This document shows, piece by piece, positions 1-13,279 of a stretch of 64,000 bases of DNA. The DNA is taken from the NCBI GenBank assembly GCA_045596945.1, contig JAZODL010000199.1, positions 1,143 through 65,142 on the forward strand, written 5' to 3'. This stretch comes from Candidatus Methanomethylophilaceae archaeon (GTDB taxonomy: Archaea; Thermoplasmatota; Thermoplasmata; Methanomassiliicoccales; Methanomethylophilaceae). The notes beneath the pieces were generated by a model. That model saw only the letters and a program-made list of their open reading frames with translations, had not been told where the DNA came from and ran no database searches. The position numbers were made by a program, and so were the translations under genes. Position 1 is the first letter of the stretch. Every line of letters begins with the position of its first letter.

Positions 1-9
1 AGGGATACG

Positions 10-384
10 ATGGACGATACGGAGATTCGGATGACCCGGGCGACCGGGGCGGACATACCGGGGTGGACGGACGCGCCCCCCACGGGGGTGTCCGTGACGA
101 CGACTACGGGGGCCCCCGCGACCCCCGTCGCACCGGGGCCCGCCCCGGTCGGGACCGGGGACGACCCCGTGGACGCACCCGCGCACTACCGCCGCGGGGG
201 GTTCGAGCTGGGGGAGGTGCTCTACGTCTGGGGCCTGTCCCACAGGCGCGCCAGCGCGGTGGAGTACATCATGCGCGCCGGGGACAAGGACCCGGCCAGG
301 GAGGTGGAGGACCTGCGCAAGGCGATCAGGAACCTCGAGATGGAGCTGGAGTACATGGAGAGGTACGGGAGGCGCACGGCATGA
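10..384 (+). CDS. DUF3310 (SaV-like) family phage protein
   Basis: DPVDAPAHY...AVEYIMRAGDKD...EDLRKAIRNL matches the DUF3310 pattern. Confidence 0.7.
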   Translation: MDDTEIRMTRATGADIPGWTDAPPTGVSVTTTTGAPATPVAPGPAPVGTGDDPVDAPAHYRRGGFELGEVLYVWGLSHRRASAVEYIMRAGDKDPAREVEDLRKAIRNLEMELEYMERYGRRTA

Positions 385-635
385 TCGCCGCGGTGTTCCA
401 ATGGGCGTCCGGAGGGGAGCTGACGGTCCCCCTGGGCGACATGGACGACGCCCTCCTGGTGGCGGACACGCTGTCACGGGCCATAAGCGGAGGGGACAGG
501 GCCGTGAGGCTGACCGTCCCGGACGGCAGGACGGTCTTCGTCATGCTGGAGGGGCTCCTCCACGCGGGGATCGGGCCGTGGGACGGCGGGATACCCTGGG
601 ACTCCCTCCCGCCTGTGGGGGGTGGGGACGAGTGA
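381..635 (+). CDS. hypothetical protein
   Basis: ATG overlaps the upstream TGA (ATGA); MIAAVFQW...; C-terminal part of ORF 63..635. Confidence 0.55.
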   Translation: MIAAVFQWASGGELTVPLGDMDDALLVADTLSRAISGGDRAVRLTVPDGRTVFVMLEGLLHAGIGPWDGGIPWDSLPPVGGGDE

Positions 636-937
636 GCACCGTGCACCAGCTCGAGGTGCGCTTCGCGGCGGCCCCCGCCGACAAGCCCTCCGCGTACTAC
701 AAGGGGGACGTCATGAGGGTGACCATGCTCGACCAGCAGAGCGCCAACATGGCGGTGTCGAAGATACAGGCCGGCAGGGACGACAGGGGGTCGAGGATGG
801 TGCACTTCCTCGACGAGTCGGGGCTCATGTGGACCATGGACTCGTGGAGGGTCGTGTACGCCAGGGCCCTGAGGTTCGAATCCCCGTCCGTCGACGGGGG
901 GGAGCCCGCACAGGCCCCCGACAGGGGGGAGGCGTGA
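632..937 (+). CDS. hypothetical protein
   Basis: GTGA start/stop overlap; typical GC3-rich codon usage. Confidence 0.55.
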   Translation: MSTVHQLEVRFAAAPADKPSAYYKGDVMRVTMLDQQSANMAVSKIQAGRDDRGSRMVHFLDESGLMWTMDSWRVVYARALRFESPSVDGGEPAQAPDRGEA

Positions 938-1164
938 TGGACACCGTGCGCTTCAGGGTGTCCGTGGCGCCGCTGGACGGCGAGGCCTTCATAATGGAGC
1001 AGTTCGCCACCGAGTCCGACGCCAGGGCGTTCCACGCGTCGCTGGTGTCCGAGGAGGACAGCATCATCGCCGCGGTGCACTACCCGTGCGTCACCGTCAC
1101 GTTCGAGGAGTTCCTCAAGGGGCACTGGGTGGTCACGGGCCGCAAGCTGGTGGTGCGCCGATGA
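937..1164 (+). CDS. hypothetical protein
   Basis: TGATG coupling, MDTVRFRV... Confidence 0.55.
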   Translation: MDTVRFRVSVAPLDGEAFIMEQFATESDARAFHASLVSEEDSIIAAVHYPCVTVTFEEFLKGHWVVTGRKLVVRR

Positions 1165-1592
1165 CCGGGACACGTGGCAAGGCAGATAAACCCGCATGCC
1201 ATACGGATGGACGCATGTGCGCACCCGGTAGGAGGTTGTTCGCGGTGGTCAGGGGGAACGGCGACAACGCCGCGGAGGCCCGGAAGTTCAGGGACCTGTG
1301 CGTCCTGACGGGCTTCATGGGGGCCGTCGGCAGGGCGGAGATCCGCATCGGGTCGGTCTCCATCCTGGTGTCCGTCCCGGACGAGCCCGGCGACCACGCA
1401 TGGGTGGAGCGCAACGTCACCTCCTGGGTGGACATCCAGAGGGCCGACACGCCCGACGAGGCCGCCGTGCTGGCGGGGAGGATGGCGGAGAGGCTGGCCG
1501 AGGCCGGGGGGACCCCCGACATGGTCGGCACCGCCTTCCTGAGGTACCACCTGGACAGGATGTACATGCACTACGACGAATGGAGTGATTGA
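1161..1592 (+). CDS. hypothetical protein
   Basis: ATGA coupling within a tightly packed operon. Confidence 0.5.
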   Translation: MTGTRGKADKPACHTDGRMCAPGRRLFAVVRGNGDNAAEARKFRDLCVLTGFMGAVGRAEIRIGSVSILVSVPDEPGDHAWVERNVTSWVDIQRADTPDEAAVLAGRMAERLAEAGGTPDMVGTAFLRYHLDRMYMHYDEWSD

Positions 1593-1992
1593 TATGGCGA
1601 GGAGGAAGGCCGCGACGGTCCCCGAGGGGACCGCGGAGGAGGGGGCGCAGACCCCCGTGGACGCACCGGCGGACCCCGTGGCGGAACCCGTCGCGGAGGA
1701 GGCCCCCGCGAGGAGGGCCGTGGACACCGGCGCCGAGGTGGTGAGGACGGTCAGGGCCGTCCTGTCGGAGCCCATGGGGAGGGACGACCTCCCCGTGCTC
1801 CTGTCCGTGAGGATGGGGGACGGCAGGAGGACCTACCACATGGTCCCCGTGGGGGGTCCCGCGCTCGAGAGGGCGTGGGACACCTACAGGAGCAGGTTCC
1901 CGGGGGCGACCCCCGAGGGGTTCGTGGGACTGCTCTACGACGTGCTCCCGGCATCGGAGATGTTCCGTGCCGTGTCCAGACTGGACATATGA
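1585..1992 (+). CDS. hypothetical protein
   Basis: ORF coupled to the upstream gene; start may be the ATG at 1594. Confidence 0.55.
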   Translation: MIDMARRKAATVPEGTAEEGAQTPVDAPADPVAEPVAEEAPARRAVDTGAEVVRTVRAVLSEPMGRDDLPVLLSVRMGDGRRTYHMVPVGGPALERAWDTYRSRFPGATPEGFVGLLYDVLPASEMFRAVSRLDI

Positions 1993-2051
1993 GCACAGGC
2001 GGGGTCGCACCCCGCCATACGTTTTTACATCGGCAAGGCCTTGCAGAGGCC

Positions 2052-4877
<2,826 letters not shown>

Positions 4878-5123
4878 CATCACAGTCGTTTACAGGATAT
4901 TACCGAGTTCCTGTAAGTTGGTTCTTTATAAACCCTTTAAATCCTTTTTATTATTATTACATAATTACATGATTTTCTTTCTAAAGTTCATGAGTAATTA
5001 TGGACAACATGGATGGTAGGATGTCGAGGAAAACGGGAGGGTTTATGGAAAACCGCGTTTGTAACTCCCCATGTAATGTCCGGGAGTCCAAGTTATTTAA
5101 CCGATGGAGTGGATACCAGCACC

Positions 5124-6335
5124 ATGTCCACGATTTTCGACATGATCGACAGGGCCACGGGAGAGGGGGAGGTCATCACCCTCACCGAGGACATGGTGGA
5201 AGCGGTGAGGGTACCCGAGGGACGCAACGTCGTCATCGACCTCGGAGGGTTCACATGGACCGCCCCCCAGGGGGAGACACCCATCACCGTGGAGTACTCC
5301 ACCGTGACGCTCAGGAACGGAACCATCTCCGGGGACGGGAACGCCGCCATCAGGGTCGGTGCGAAGGATGCGGTGAAAGCCACGTACGTCACACTCGCAC
5401 AGGGGCTCACCGTGAGGGCCAAGGGCCATGCGGGTGTGTTCCTCTCGGGAAAGGGTCATCTGGACACCTACGCCGACATAGACGTCGACGGGGAGTTCGG
5501 GTGCATCCAGGGCAACGGATCCGAGCCCTACTTCGGGAACTCCGCGACCATCCACGGCGGCAGGCTGACATCCAAGGGGACCGCTATATACTGGCCCCAG
5601 GAGGGCGACCTCCGCATCTACGGCGGAGAGGTCACTGGTGTCACCGGGGTGGAGGTCAGGGCGGGAACCGTCTCCGTCAGGGGAGGAACCATCACCGGTA
5701 CCGCGGTACCCACCAGCGTCACCCCCAACGGCAACGGCTCCACCTCCCTGGGAGCGGGACTGGCCATCGCACAGCACACGACCATGCGCCCCGTCGCAGC
5801 GGACATCTCGGGCGGAACCATCCAGGGATACTCCGCGGTCTACGAGAGCAACCCAGAGGGCAATCCCGCCGAGGCCGTGGCCAAGGTGGCCATGGACATC
5901 TCGGGCGGAACCATGAAGGCCGTCAACGGTGGAACCGTCGCGGTCTACGCCGAGAACGTCAGGGGATTCGTCAGGGGAGGTACCTTCAACACCCCCGTGG
6001 CGACCTACCTGGTCTCCCCCGGCATATCCATGACCACCGATGCGGACGGCAACACCGTCCCCGCCAGGGCCGACTGGGTGTACCCCGACACGGGAGCCGT
6101 CACACTCGGCATGGGTATGAAGAGACTCGTGATGACCTGTGCGAGACTGATCTACCCCACGGGCGGGATCACGATGTCCGGAATGGGCATCAGACCCGTC
6201 TGTGCGGTTGCCAACGTCCCCGGAGGGGCATCCGCACATGTGGACCCGGTCACAGGGGCCGTCAGGCTCTACGTCAACGGGGCCGAGGCCGAGGGCACCC
6301 TCGACGACGTGTCCCTCATCGTCTTCGGGTACTGA
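5124..6335 (+). CDS. beta-helix/pectin-lyase-like protein (possible virion or adhesin protein)
   Basis: Repeated 'I.GGTI' G/T/V-rich turns; start MSTIFDMI. Confidence 0.55.
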   Translation: MSTIFDMIDRATGEGEVITLTEDMVEAVRVPEGRNVVIDLGGFTWTAPQGETPITVEYSTVTLRNGTISGDGNAAIRVGAKDAVKATYVTLAQGLTVRAKGHAGVFLSGKGHLDTYADIDVDGEFGCIQGNGSEPYFGNSATIHGGRLTSKGTAIYWPQEGDLRIYGGEVTGVTGVEVRAGTVSVRGGTITGTAVPTSVTPNGNGSTSLGAGLAIAQHTTMRPVAADISGGTIQGYSAVYESNPEGNPAEAVAKVAMDISGGTMKAVNGGTVAVYAENVRGFVRGGTFNTPVATYLVSPGISMTTDADGNTVPARADWVYPDTGAVTLGMGMKRLVMTCARLIYPTGGITMSGMGIRPVCAVANVPGGASAHVDPVTGAVRLYVNGAEAEGTLDDVSLIVFGY

Positions 6336-6379
6336 GGACGCAAACCCCTTCCATAAACCCCTTCCAAGGAGATTCGGAC

Positions 6380-7804
6380 ATGTCGGACAGTGATATGGCG
6401 GCCGAGAGGCCCGCCGACTGGTACAAGAGGAAGGGACGTCTGAAGGTCGTGGACGTCCCCGTGGAGGAGCTAAGGGCCTACGAGAACAACCCCCGCATCA
6501 ACGATGCGGCGGTACCAGCCCTGAAGGAGGATATAGCGAGACTGGGGTTCAACGTGCCCCTGACCATCACGAAGGACAACGTCATCATCACGGGACACAC
6601 CCGTCTGAAGGCGGCGATGGAGCTCGGCATGGAGACGGTGTCGTGCATATACCTTGACGATCTGACGGAGGAGGAGGTGAGGATGTTCCGCCTCACCGAC
6701 AACAAACGTGCCGAGGAGTCCGGGTGGGACATGCCTAAGCTGGACATCGAGCTGAAGACCCTGGAACCCCTCATGGACATCGAGGACTTCGGGTTCACGC
6801 TGGAGGACCTGTCACCCATCCCCTTTGACACCCGTCCCGCGCCCCCGGAGGACACCGTGGTCTCCGAAGGGGACACCGTGTACACGGCCCCCGTGTACGG
6901 GGAGGGGGACGGACCCGTGGGGGACATGGAGGGCTGGACCGTGGACGAGGACGGGGAGCTGCAGGGCCCCACGGAGGACATCGGGTTCGAGGAGCCCGGG
7001 GGAGAGTGCCATGTCCAGCGCGGCGACATCATCCGTCTGGGACGCCACACCGTGATGTGCGGGGACGCCCTCGATCCCGTGGACATGACCATGCTCGTGG
7101 GAATCGACAGGGTGGACATAGCGTTCACCTCGCCGCCCTACAATGCGGGCCATCTGGGGACGGGGAGGGCCGAGAACGGCCCCAAGTACCTCCACGACGA
7201 GGATCAGCGTTCCGAGGAGGAGTACGACCGTTTCCTCCAGGAGAACGTGTCCATCCTCCTGGACTGCGCCCACGAGGTGTTCTACAACATAGGTGTCCTG
7301 AAAGGCTCCAAGAGGGCCATCGTCCGTCTGCTCAACGCCAGGCTGGACAACTTCAAGGACCTGATCTATTGGAAGAAGAACAACCCCGTACCGGCTCTGG
7401 CCAAGAACATCATCTCCTCCGCCACCGAGCTCATCATCGCGTTCGGACAGACGGACTCCAGATCCTTCAGGAAGGACCCGGGGATATGGTACGGGGTCAT
7501 AGAGGGTAACTGGGCCGGCAACAACGCCTACTCGAAGATACACCGTGCCACGTTCCCCCTGTACCTGCCGACGGAGATCGTCACCCGCTTCACCGAGGAG
7601 GGCGGCACCGTACTGGACTGCTTCGGAGGGACCGGCACCACCTTGATAGCATGTGAGGACACTGGCAGGACGTGCTTCATGATGGAGATCGAGCCCATCT
7701 ACGTCCAGACAATCGTCAGGAGGTACATCGAGAGGGTTGGTTCCGACTCAGCGGTCGTGCACATGCGCGACGGCGAGGTGCTCGACACGGACTGGGTGCA
7801 TTGA
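6380..7804 (+). CDS. ParB-like N-terminal domain + N6A/N4C DNA methyltransferase
   Basis: YENNPRIND...IITGHTRLKAA (ParB/Srx); catalytic FTSPPY precedes SAM-binding DCFGGTGTT (beta-class order); AGGAG upstream. Confidence 0.85.
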   Translation: MSDSDMAAERPADWYKRKGRLKVVDVPVEELRAYENNPRINDAAVPALKEDIARLGFNVPLTITKDNVIITGHTRLKAAMELGMETVSCIYLDDLTEEEVRMFRLTDNKRAEESGWDMPKLDIELKTLEPLMDIEDFGFTLEDLSPIPFDTRPAPPEDTVVSEGDTVYTAPVYGEGDGPVGDMEGWTVDEDGELQGPTEDIGFEEPGGECHVQRGDIIRLGRHTVMCGDALDPVDMTMLVGIDRVDIAFTSPPYNAGHLGTGRAENGPKYLHDEDQRSEEEYDRFLQENVSILLDCAHEVFYNIGVLKGSKRAIVRLLNARLDNFKDLIYWKKNNPVPALAKNIISSATELIIAFGQTDSRSFRKDPGIWYGVIEGNWAGNNAYSKIHRATFPLYLPTEIVTRFTEEGGTVLDCFGGTGTTLIACEDTGRTCFMMEIEPIYVQTIVRRYIERVGSDSAVVHMRDGEVLDTDWVH

Positions 7805-8047
7805 TTAGGAGGTTTCCGCCCCGAGAGTGCGATAACGAGTGTTGGATAGGACCGGGGCGGAGCCACTACGGGTCGGGCAGTGGCGCACTCGTGTGCATCA
7901 CTACATATCCATACAGGTATATAACCAGTTTCACTTTTTATTACATTATTACCGATATTACATGGTTTTTTTGAAAAATTCCGACCTATAGAATACAATT
8001 AAATACGCCAATCGGTTTGTACCCCCCGCGAAACGGAGTTGGACAGG

Positions 8048-9817
8048 ATGAAGAACATCGTGTTGATAGACAGCCTGAGGGCCCTCGGCCTCCAGGTGGA
8101 TGAGCTGGGACTTGTGAGCGACGGCATCTTCGAGTTCGTGCGTCTGCACAGGACCAAGGTGGAGACCCATGACGGGCGTTCCATCGAGATGAAGGCCATA
8201 GAACAGGTGTCGTACGTGGATGTGGAGCACAGGCTGTTCCTAACCACCGCGGAGGGCCACGAATCGGTCTACGGGGGGAAATTCCCCGTCAAGTTGGAAA
8301 TCAGGGAGATGCCCAAGACCCTCAGCGCCCTGAACAGGGAGTTCGACAACATCTTCCCCGATTCCTATGAGATGCTCTACTACGACGAGCTCCGTGAGAA
8401 GAGGATGATCGACATGACCCTCCTCGGGGACCCCGAGAAGGGAATCATTCCCCTGAACGACGACATCCTCGCGCTCTACCACCTCACGTTCGAGGAGAGA
8501 CTGGAACAGATGGACTACGTCGGGAAGGGCATGCCGGCCCACACGATCATGGATGAGATCCTCACGGTGAGGATATTCCGCCATCGCAGGAACCCGTTCC
8601 GCGAGTGGGTGGAGTCTCACGAGTGGGACCAGAAGCCCAGACTCAGGATGTGGTTCAGGGACTATGTGGGGGCCACCGCCCCCGCTCTCCAGACCCTCGC
8701 GGGTGAACCTACCTCCGACGAACTCCAGTACATCGGGGACGTCACCGAGGCGTGGTTCATGGGAGCCATCGCCCGTATGTACCAGCCGATTCAGCACGAC
8801 ATCGTCCCCGTCCTCATAGGGGGTCAGGGGCGCGGCAAGGGTCAGGCGCTGAGGTTCCTGGCCGGAGACAACTCGTGGTTCAAGTCCACGTCCGCGGACG
8901 TGTCCAAACCCGACAGGTTCCTGGAGTCCATCAGAGGAGCCGTTGTGGTGGAGCTCTCCGAGTCCAGACAAATCAGGACCGCCGACAACGAGGCCCTGAA
9001 GACCTTCATATCACAGCCCTCCGACCAGTTGAGGAGGGCCTATGCGAGGTACGAGGACGAATATCCCCGCAGGTTCGTCATGATCGCTACATCCAACCTC
9101 TCGTCCGTCTTCACCGATCTGACGGGAGCCAGGCGTTTCTTCCCGATGGAGTGCAACCCCAAGTACGCATCCGCCGAGATTCCCGTGGACGAGAGGGGGG
9201 AGACGTACCAGTACGAGGTGGAGCAGCTGTGGGCGGAGGCCCTCTACCTGTACAGGGCCGGGCACAAGTGGAACCTCTCGGCCAAGACGAAGGAGCTGGC
9301 CCAGAGGATGCAGGACTTCAACTCCGAGGAGAACCCGGGGCTGATCGCAATCGACGAATGGCTGGACGACCCTGCGAACGGGTACGCCGACAAGGGGAGC
9401 AAGGTCACCCGCGAGGACATCATGGTCAAGATCTTCATGGTGGATCCCACCGCCCCGCCGAAGGAGATGGAGACCATGTACCGCGCATGGAGGAACGGGA
9501 CCCGCAGATGGGCGAAGTGCAAACCGTTCTTCAGGGACGGCAAGACCCGTCGCGGGTTCGAGAGGATGTTCGTACCCGGGGAGACCATCACGGCTCAGAC
9601 CTTCAACCTGGTGTCGGGTGCGGACCCCGTGCCCGCGGTAAGAGACCCCATCAAGAGAATCAGAGAGGTCGCGAGGGAGTACGGCCTGTCGGAGGACGAC
9701 CCCCTGCCGTTCGAGAAGATTCCCCTGGAGGACATCAACGACTTCATGATGGAGGGGTTCGTGGTGGACTACGGAACCCCGACGCGCCCCGATTACAGGG
9801 TCGCGTACCTTCCCTGA
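8048..9817 (+). CDS. VapE/VirE-like P-loop ATPase (replicative helicase-type)
   Basis: PVLIGGQGRGKG Walker A, VVELSE, LKTFISQPSDQLRRAYAR, ATSN, TGARRF. Confidence 0.8.
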   Translation: MKNIVLIDSLRALGLQVDELGLVSDGIFEFVRLHRTKVETHDGRSIEMKAIEQVSYVDVEHRLFLTTAEGHESVYGGKFPVKLEIREMPKTLSALNREFDNIFPDSYEMLYYDELREKRMIDMTLLGDPEKGIIPLNDDILALYHLTFEERLEQMDYVGKGMPAHTIMDEILTVRIFRHRRNPFREWVESHEWDQKPRLRMWFRDYVGATAPALQTLAGEPTSDELQYIGDVTEAWFMGAIARMYQPIQHDIVPVLIGGQGRGKGQALRFLAGDNSWFKSTSADVSKPDRFLESIRGAVVVELSESRQIRTADNEALKTFISQPSDQLRRAYARYEDEYPRRFVMIATSNLSSVFTDLTGARRFFPMECNPKYASAEIPVDERGETYQYEVEQLWAEALYLYRAGHKWNLSAKTKELAQRMQDFNSEENPGLIAIDEWLDDPANGYADKGSKVTREDIMVKIFMVDPTAPPKEMETMYRAWRNGTRRWAKCKPFFRDGKTRRGFERMFVPGETITAQTFNLVSGADPVPAVRDPIKRIREVAREYGLSEDDPLPFEKIPLEDINDFMMEGFVVDYGTPTRPDYRVAYLP

Positions 9818-9864
9818 GTATATACGCATAGGTATATATCTTCAAACCCCTTCCCATTCTCATC

Positions 9865-11247
9865 ATGCCCGAGGAACGTTTCCAACTAGCAGACCATCAG
9901 CTCTATGCCATCGAGATGATGGAGGCCAACCCCCAGCTGGCCGTATGGTACGATGCGGGTACGGGCAAGACCGCCACCGCTCTGATGTGGCTCATCAGAG
10001 CACTCAGGAGGGGCGACATCACCAGGGCGCTGGTGGTGTGCCCCGCATCCCTGGTCGGCAACTGGCATTCGGCCGTGGACAAGATGATCATGTTCGCGGG
10101 AGTCACGCCCGAGGATGTGGAGATGCTCCGTGGGGCCCTGACCATCGTGTCCTTCCAGAAGACGTATAAGATAGACAAGAGGGTCGTCAGGCACAGGAAC
10201 GGGCTCACGTCCACAAAGAGGGAGCGCCACCTCCGTGAGGAGGTGGACAGGCTCTGGGGAGCCATCATAATCGATGAATCCCATTGTATAGGTGCCCACA
10301 ACTCCACCCAGACCAAGGCCGCGTTGGCCCTGGCCAGGTTGACCGAGAACAGGTACATCTTGTCCGGGACCCCTGTCCACGGCGGAGGAGGGGATTCCGA
10401 TTACAAGAAGCTGTTCGGGCAAATCAACTTCCTGAATCCAGATAGATGGTCCACATGGCAGTCCTTCTGCGAGGAGTGCGTCATATCCTACGATCCGTGG
10501 GGGAACCCCCGCAAGTACAGGAAGGAGGTGTGCATGGACATCATGCAGGAGTACGGGATCGTGGCCCGTCTCGCGGACTGCTACGACATGCCGTCCAGCA
10601 CCTATACCACCACCGGTTGCGCCCTGGCGGAGAAGAAGGTCTACAAGGACATCAAGGAGGGGTTCATCCTGGACTACCAGATGGACATACGCAATCCCGG
10701 CTCCCAGTACACCAAGCTCCTCCAGATATGCTCCGGCAGCATGAAACGCAACGAAAGGGACGAGGACACACTTGTGCTGAGGAGCTCCAAGGATGAGGCG
10801 CTCAGGGACATCGTGGCCGGTACCTCCGACAGGGTGGTGGTGTTCTGCCAGTACCGCGCGTCGATAGACCGTGTGGCATCCATAGCCCGGAAGATGGGGC
10901 TGGACCCCCTGGTGTACGACGGTCGCACCAAGGACAAGAACTGCTATCTGGATTTTCAGAAGGGGAAGTACGACATGTTCATCGGACAGTACAGTTCGGG
11001 AGGGGTCGGCATCGACCTGTTCTCATCCCACACCATGGTGCTCTTCGAACCCACCCTGTCCGCGCTCCAGCTGGAGCAGACGATCGCCCGTATCATGAGG
11101 AAGGGTCAGACCCAGAACTGCACCTATCACTACCTCACCACTCCCGACACCATAGAGGACAAGGTGTGGGATCTGGTGCGTAGAGGACGTGATGTCTCCA
11201 ACGACACGCTCAGGGCGCTTGCATTGGGGCTGGAAATTCCGATGTGA
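9865..11247 (+). CDS. SNF2-like superfamily 2 helicase
   Basis: DAGTGKT, IIDESH, LSGTP, GVGIDL, EQTIARIMRKGQ. Confidence 0.85.
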   Translation: MPEERFQLADHQLYAIEMMEANPQLAVWYDAGTGKTATALMWLIRALRRGDITRALVVCPASLVGNWHSAVDKMIMFAGVTPEDVEMLRGALTIVSFQKTYKIDKRVVRHRNGLTSTKRERHLREEVDRLWGAIIIDESHCIGAHNSTQTKAALALARLTENRYILSGTPVHGGGGDSDYKKLFGQINFLNPDRWSTWQSFCEECVISYDPWGNPRKYRKEVCMDIMQEYGIVARLADCYDMPSSTYTTTGCALAEKKVYKDIKEGFILDYQMDIRNPGSQYTKLLQICSGSMKRNERDEDTLVLRSSKDEALRDIVAGTSDRVVVFCQYRASIDRVASIARKMGLDPLVYDGRTKDKNCYLDFQKGKYDMFIGQYSSGGVGIDLFSSHTMVLFEPTLSALQLEQTIARIMRKGQTQNCTYHYLTTPDTIEDKVWDLVRRGRDVSNDTLRALALGLEIPM

Positions 11248-11346
11248 TACGAGTCTATTGTGTGTATATGTTGATGTGTTATAGGTAATATTATATACAC
11301 CCTAGTGCATGTAACCTTGCGACCCACGGGGTCGAGGAGAGTACGA

Positions 11347-12207
11347 ATGGAGGACACACAGCAGACAGCGTCCCTCGAAGCCAAGAGGGGACTGTACAGG
11401 AAGATAAGCGGGCTCCGTCAGGAGCTTCTGACACTGGACTGGTCGGATGACAAGATCATGAAGGCCCCGTCCATGAGCTATCCCTACCTGTCCACCGACA
11501 AGGTGAAGAGGAACATCGCGCCCCTCTTCCACAAGCACGGGCTGGAGGTCAGGGTCTATTACGACGAGCTGGAGCCCCGTCCCGCGGTCGGGGACTTCAC
11601 ATCCCACTGGACCGTCAGGATCAACGTGGAGTTCATCGACATGGACACATGTGCCACGGTGACGTACCATGCATACGGTGAGGCGACCGACAAGAACGAC
11701 AAGGCCATCAACAAGGCGCAGACCTCCGCATTCAAGCAGTGGGTCCTATCCACGTTCGGCATCTCGGACGGAATCGACCCCGAGATGGTGATAGGCAACG
11801 GAGGGTCCTTCCACAGGCGTTCCGAGGAGGAAGAGGAGGAGGTCAGGAGCAAGGTCCTCGCCAATGCGGAGAAGCCCCCTGCACCCAAGCCCCCTGCTCC
11901 CAAGAAGGCGCCCAGGAAGGAGGAGCCCGAGCCCGAGGCCCAGGAGGAGCCCAAGGCCGAACCCGCACCAGCGCCCGAGCCCGAGGCCCAGGAGCCTCCC
12001 AAGGCGGAGGACAATGCACCCGCTCCCGGTTACAAGCCCATGGGGGTCCAGGCCAAGGCCATCGACCGCATCACCAGCGTGTACGAGCAGAGGGCCAAGG
12101 CCGGGGAGATTTCACCCGAGGAGTACAACCAGATGTCGATGGACTGCGCATCCATCTCCAGCGTCAAGGATGCCACCGCGTTCATCAAGAAGTACAGGGT
12201 GGGATGA
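11347..12207 (+). CDS. ERF-family ssDNA annealing protein
   Basis: YPYLS...GEATDKNDKAINKAQTSAFK; next to an exonuclease. Confidence 0.7.
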   Translation: MEDTQQTASLEAKRGLYRKISGLRQELLTLDWSDDKIMKAPSMSYPYLSTDKVKRNIAPLFHKHGLEVRVYYDELEPRPAVGDFTSHWTVRINVEFIDMDTCATVTYHAYGEATDKNDKAINKAQTSAFKQWVLSTFGISDGIDPEMVIGNGGSFHRRSEEEEEEVRSKVLANAEKPPAPKPPAPKKAPRKEEPEPEAQEEPKAEPAPAPEPEAQEPPKAEDNAPAPGYKPMGVQAKAIDRITSVYEQRAKAGEISPEEYNQMSMDCASISSVKDATAFIKKYRVG

Positions 12208-13274
12208 TGGTGGCCGTCAGGAAGTACACCCAGCCCAAGTGCGACTTCTCCATCGTGGACGGGCATATCGAGACCGATGGGAGCGTGAAGGGCAGAATCA
12301 CAGGGACCATGATGGGAGGTATCCTCAACATGTCCCCCTGGTCCACACCCTTCCAGGTGGCGTGCCGTCTCCTGGGGCTCGCAGAGGAGGATATATCCGA
12401 CAAACCTGCCGTGAAGGCCGGGAAGCATCTCGAGTCAAAGGTGATCGAATTCGCCGCCGAGAGGTATGGGGAGAGGTACGGTATGTTCATCCCTGCGGAG
12501 GAGGTCCATGAGAAGCGCGAGGGCGACCACGCGTCATGGGCATCCGACTTCGACGACGAATACTTCGCGGGGCACGTCGACGGGTATGTGATGAACGACG
12601 ACGGGGAATCCTACATCCTGGAGGTCAAGACCTCCGGCAACCTGGATGCATGGGTGGACGGTGTACCATCCTACTACTACTGGCAGGTGGCCCTGTACAA
12701 CAGGTTCCTCACCGGACAGGACCACGCATACGTGGTGCTGGGCATCGTGGAGGAGGATGAGCGTCGCGACCCCACCAAATGGAAACCCTCTGACTCGAAC
12801 GTCAGGGTGTTCAAAGTGGACATCGAGCAGGATGGTGTGGAGCGCATCCTCACCAAGGTCCGCGAGTGGTACGACACCTATATCGCCAAGGGCATCACGC
12901 CCACCTACGACCCCTCCAATCCGAAGGACGTCGAGATGTTCGAGCACCTGGCCAATCTCACCAGCGACGGAGGGGACATATCCTCCATGGTCGACCGTCT
13001 GATGGAGGTCGAGGAGGAGATAGGGGAGTACGAGAGGTCGTATGCCCATCTGTCCACCGAGAGGGATGCCCTCCGCAACAGGTTGAAGGACTACATGACA
13101 GGGAACGACATGACCGAACTGCCCTCCCTGTCGGGAGCATACAAGGCCGTCCTGACCACATCGGTCAGGAAGAAAATCGAAGCCACCAAGCTGGTGGAGA
13201 GCGGAATCGACCCCGCACCGTTCACGACCGAAACCGTTTCGAAATCGTTTACAATCAAGAAGAACAAGGAGTGA
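12204..13274 (+). CDS. YqaJ/lambda-exonuclease-like nuclease
   Basis: SPWSTP...GKHLE...GHVDG...LEVKT...YYWQV. Confidence 0.8.
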   Translation: MMVAVRKYTQPKCDFSIVDGHIETDGSVKGRITGTMMGGILNMSPWSTPFQVACRLLGLAEEDISDKPAVKAGKHLESKVIEFAAERYGERYGMFIPAEEVHEKREGDHASWASDFDDEYFAGHVDGYVMNDDGESYILEVKTSGNLDAWVDGVPSYYYWQVALYNRFLTGQDHAYVVLGIVEEDERRDPTKWKPSDSNVRVFKVDIEQDGVERILTKVREWYDTYIAKGITPTYDPSNPKDVEMFEHLANLTSDGGDISSMVDRLMEVEEEIGEYERSYAHLSTERDALRNRLKDYMTGNDMTELPSLSGAYKAVLTTSVRKKIEATKLVESGIDPAPFTTETVSKSFTIKKNKE

Positions 13275-13279
13275 GTACA

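Noticed and set aside
5000-6379. 460-aa N-terminal extension of the methyltransferase in the ORF track
   Set aside because: Arg/His/Gly-rich off-frame translation overlapping the real 5124..6335 gene; the start at 6380 has an SD-like sequence.
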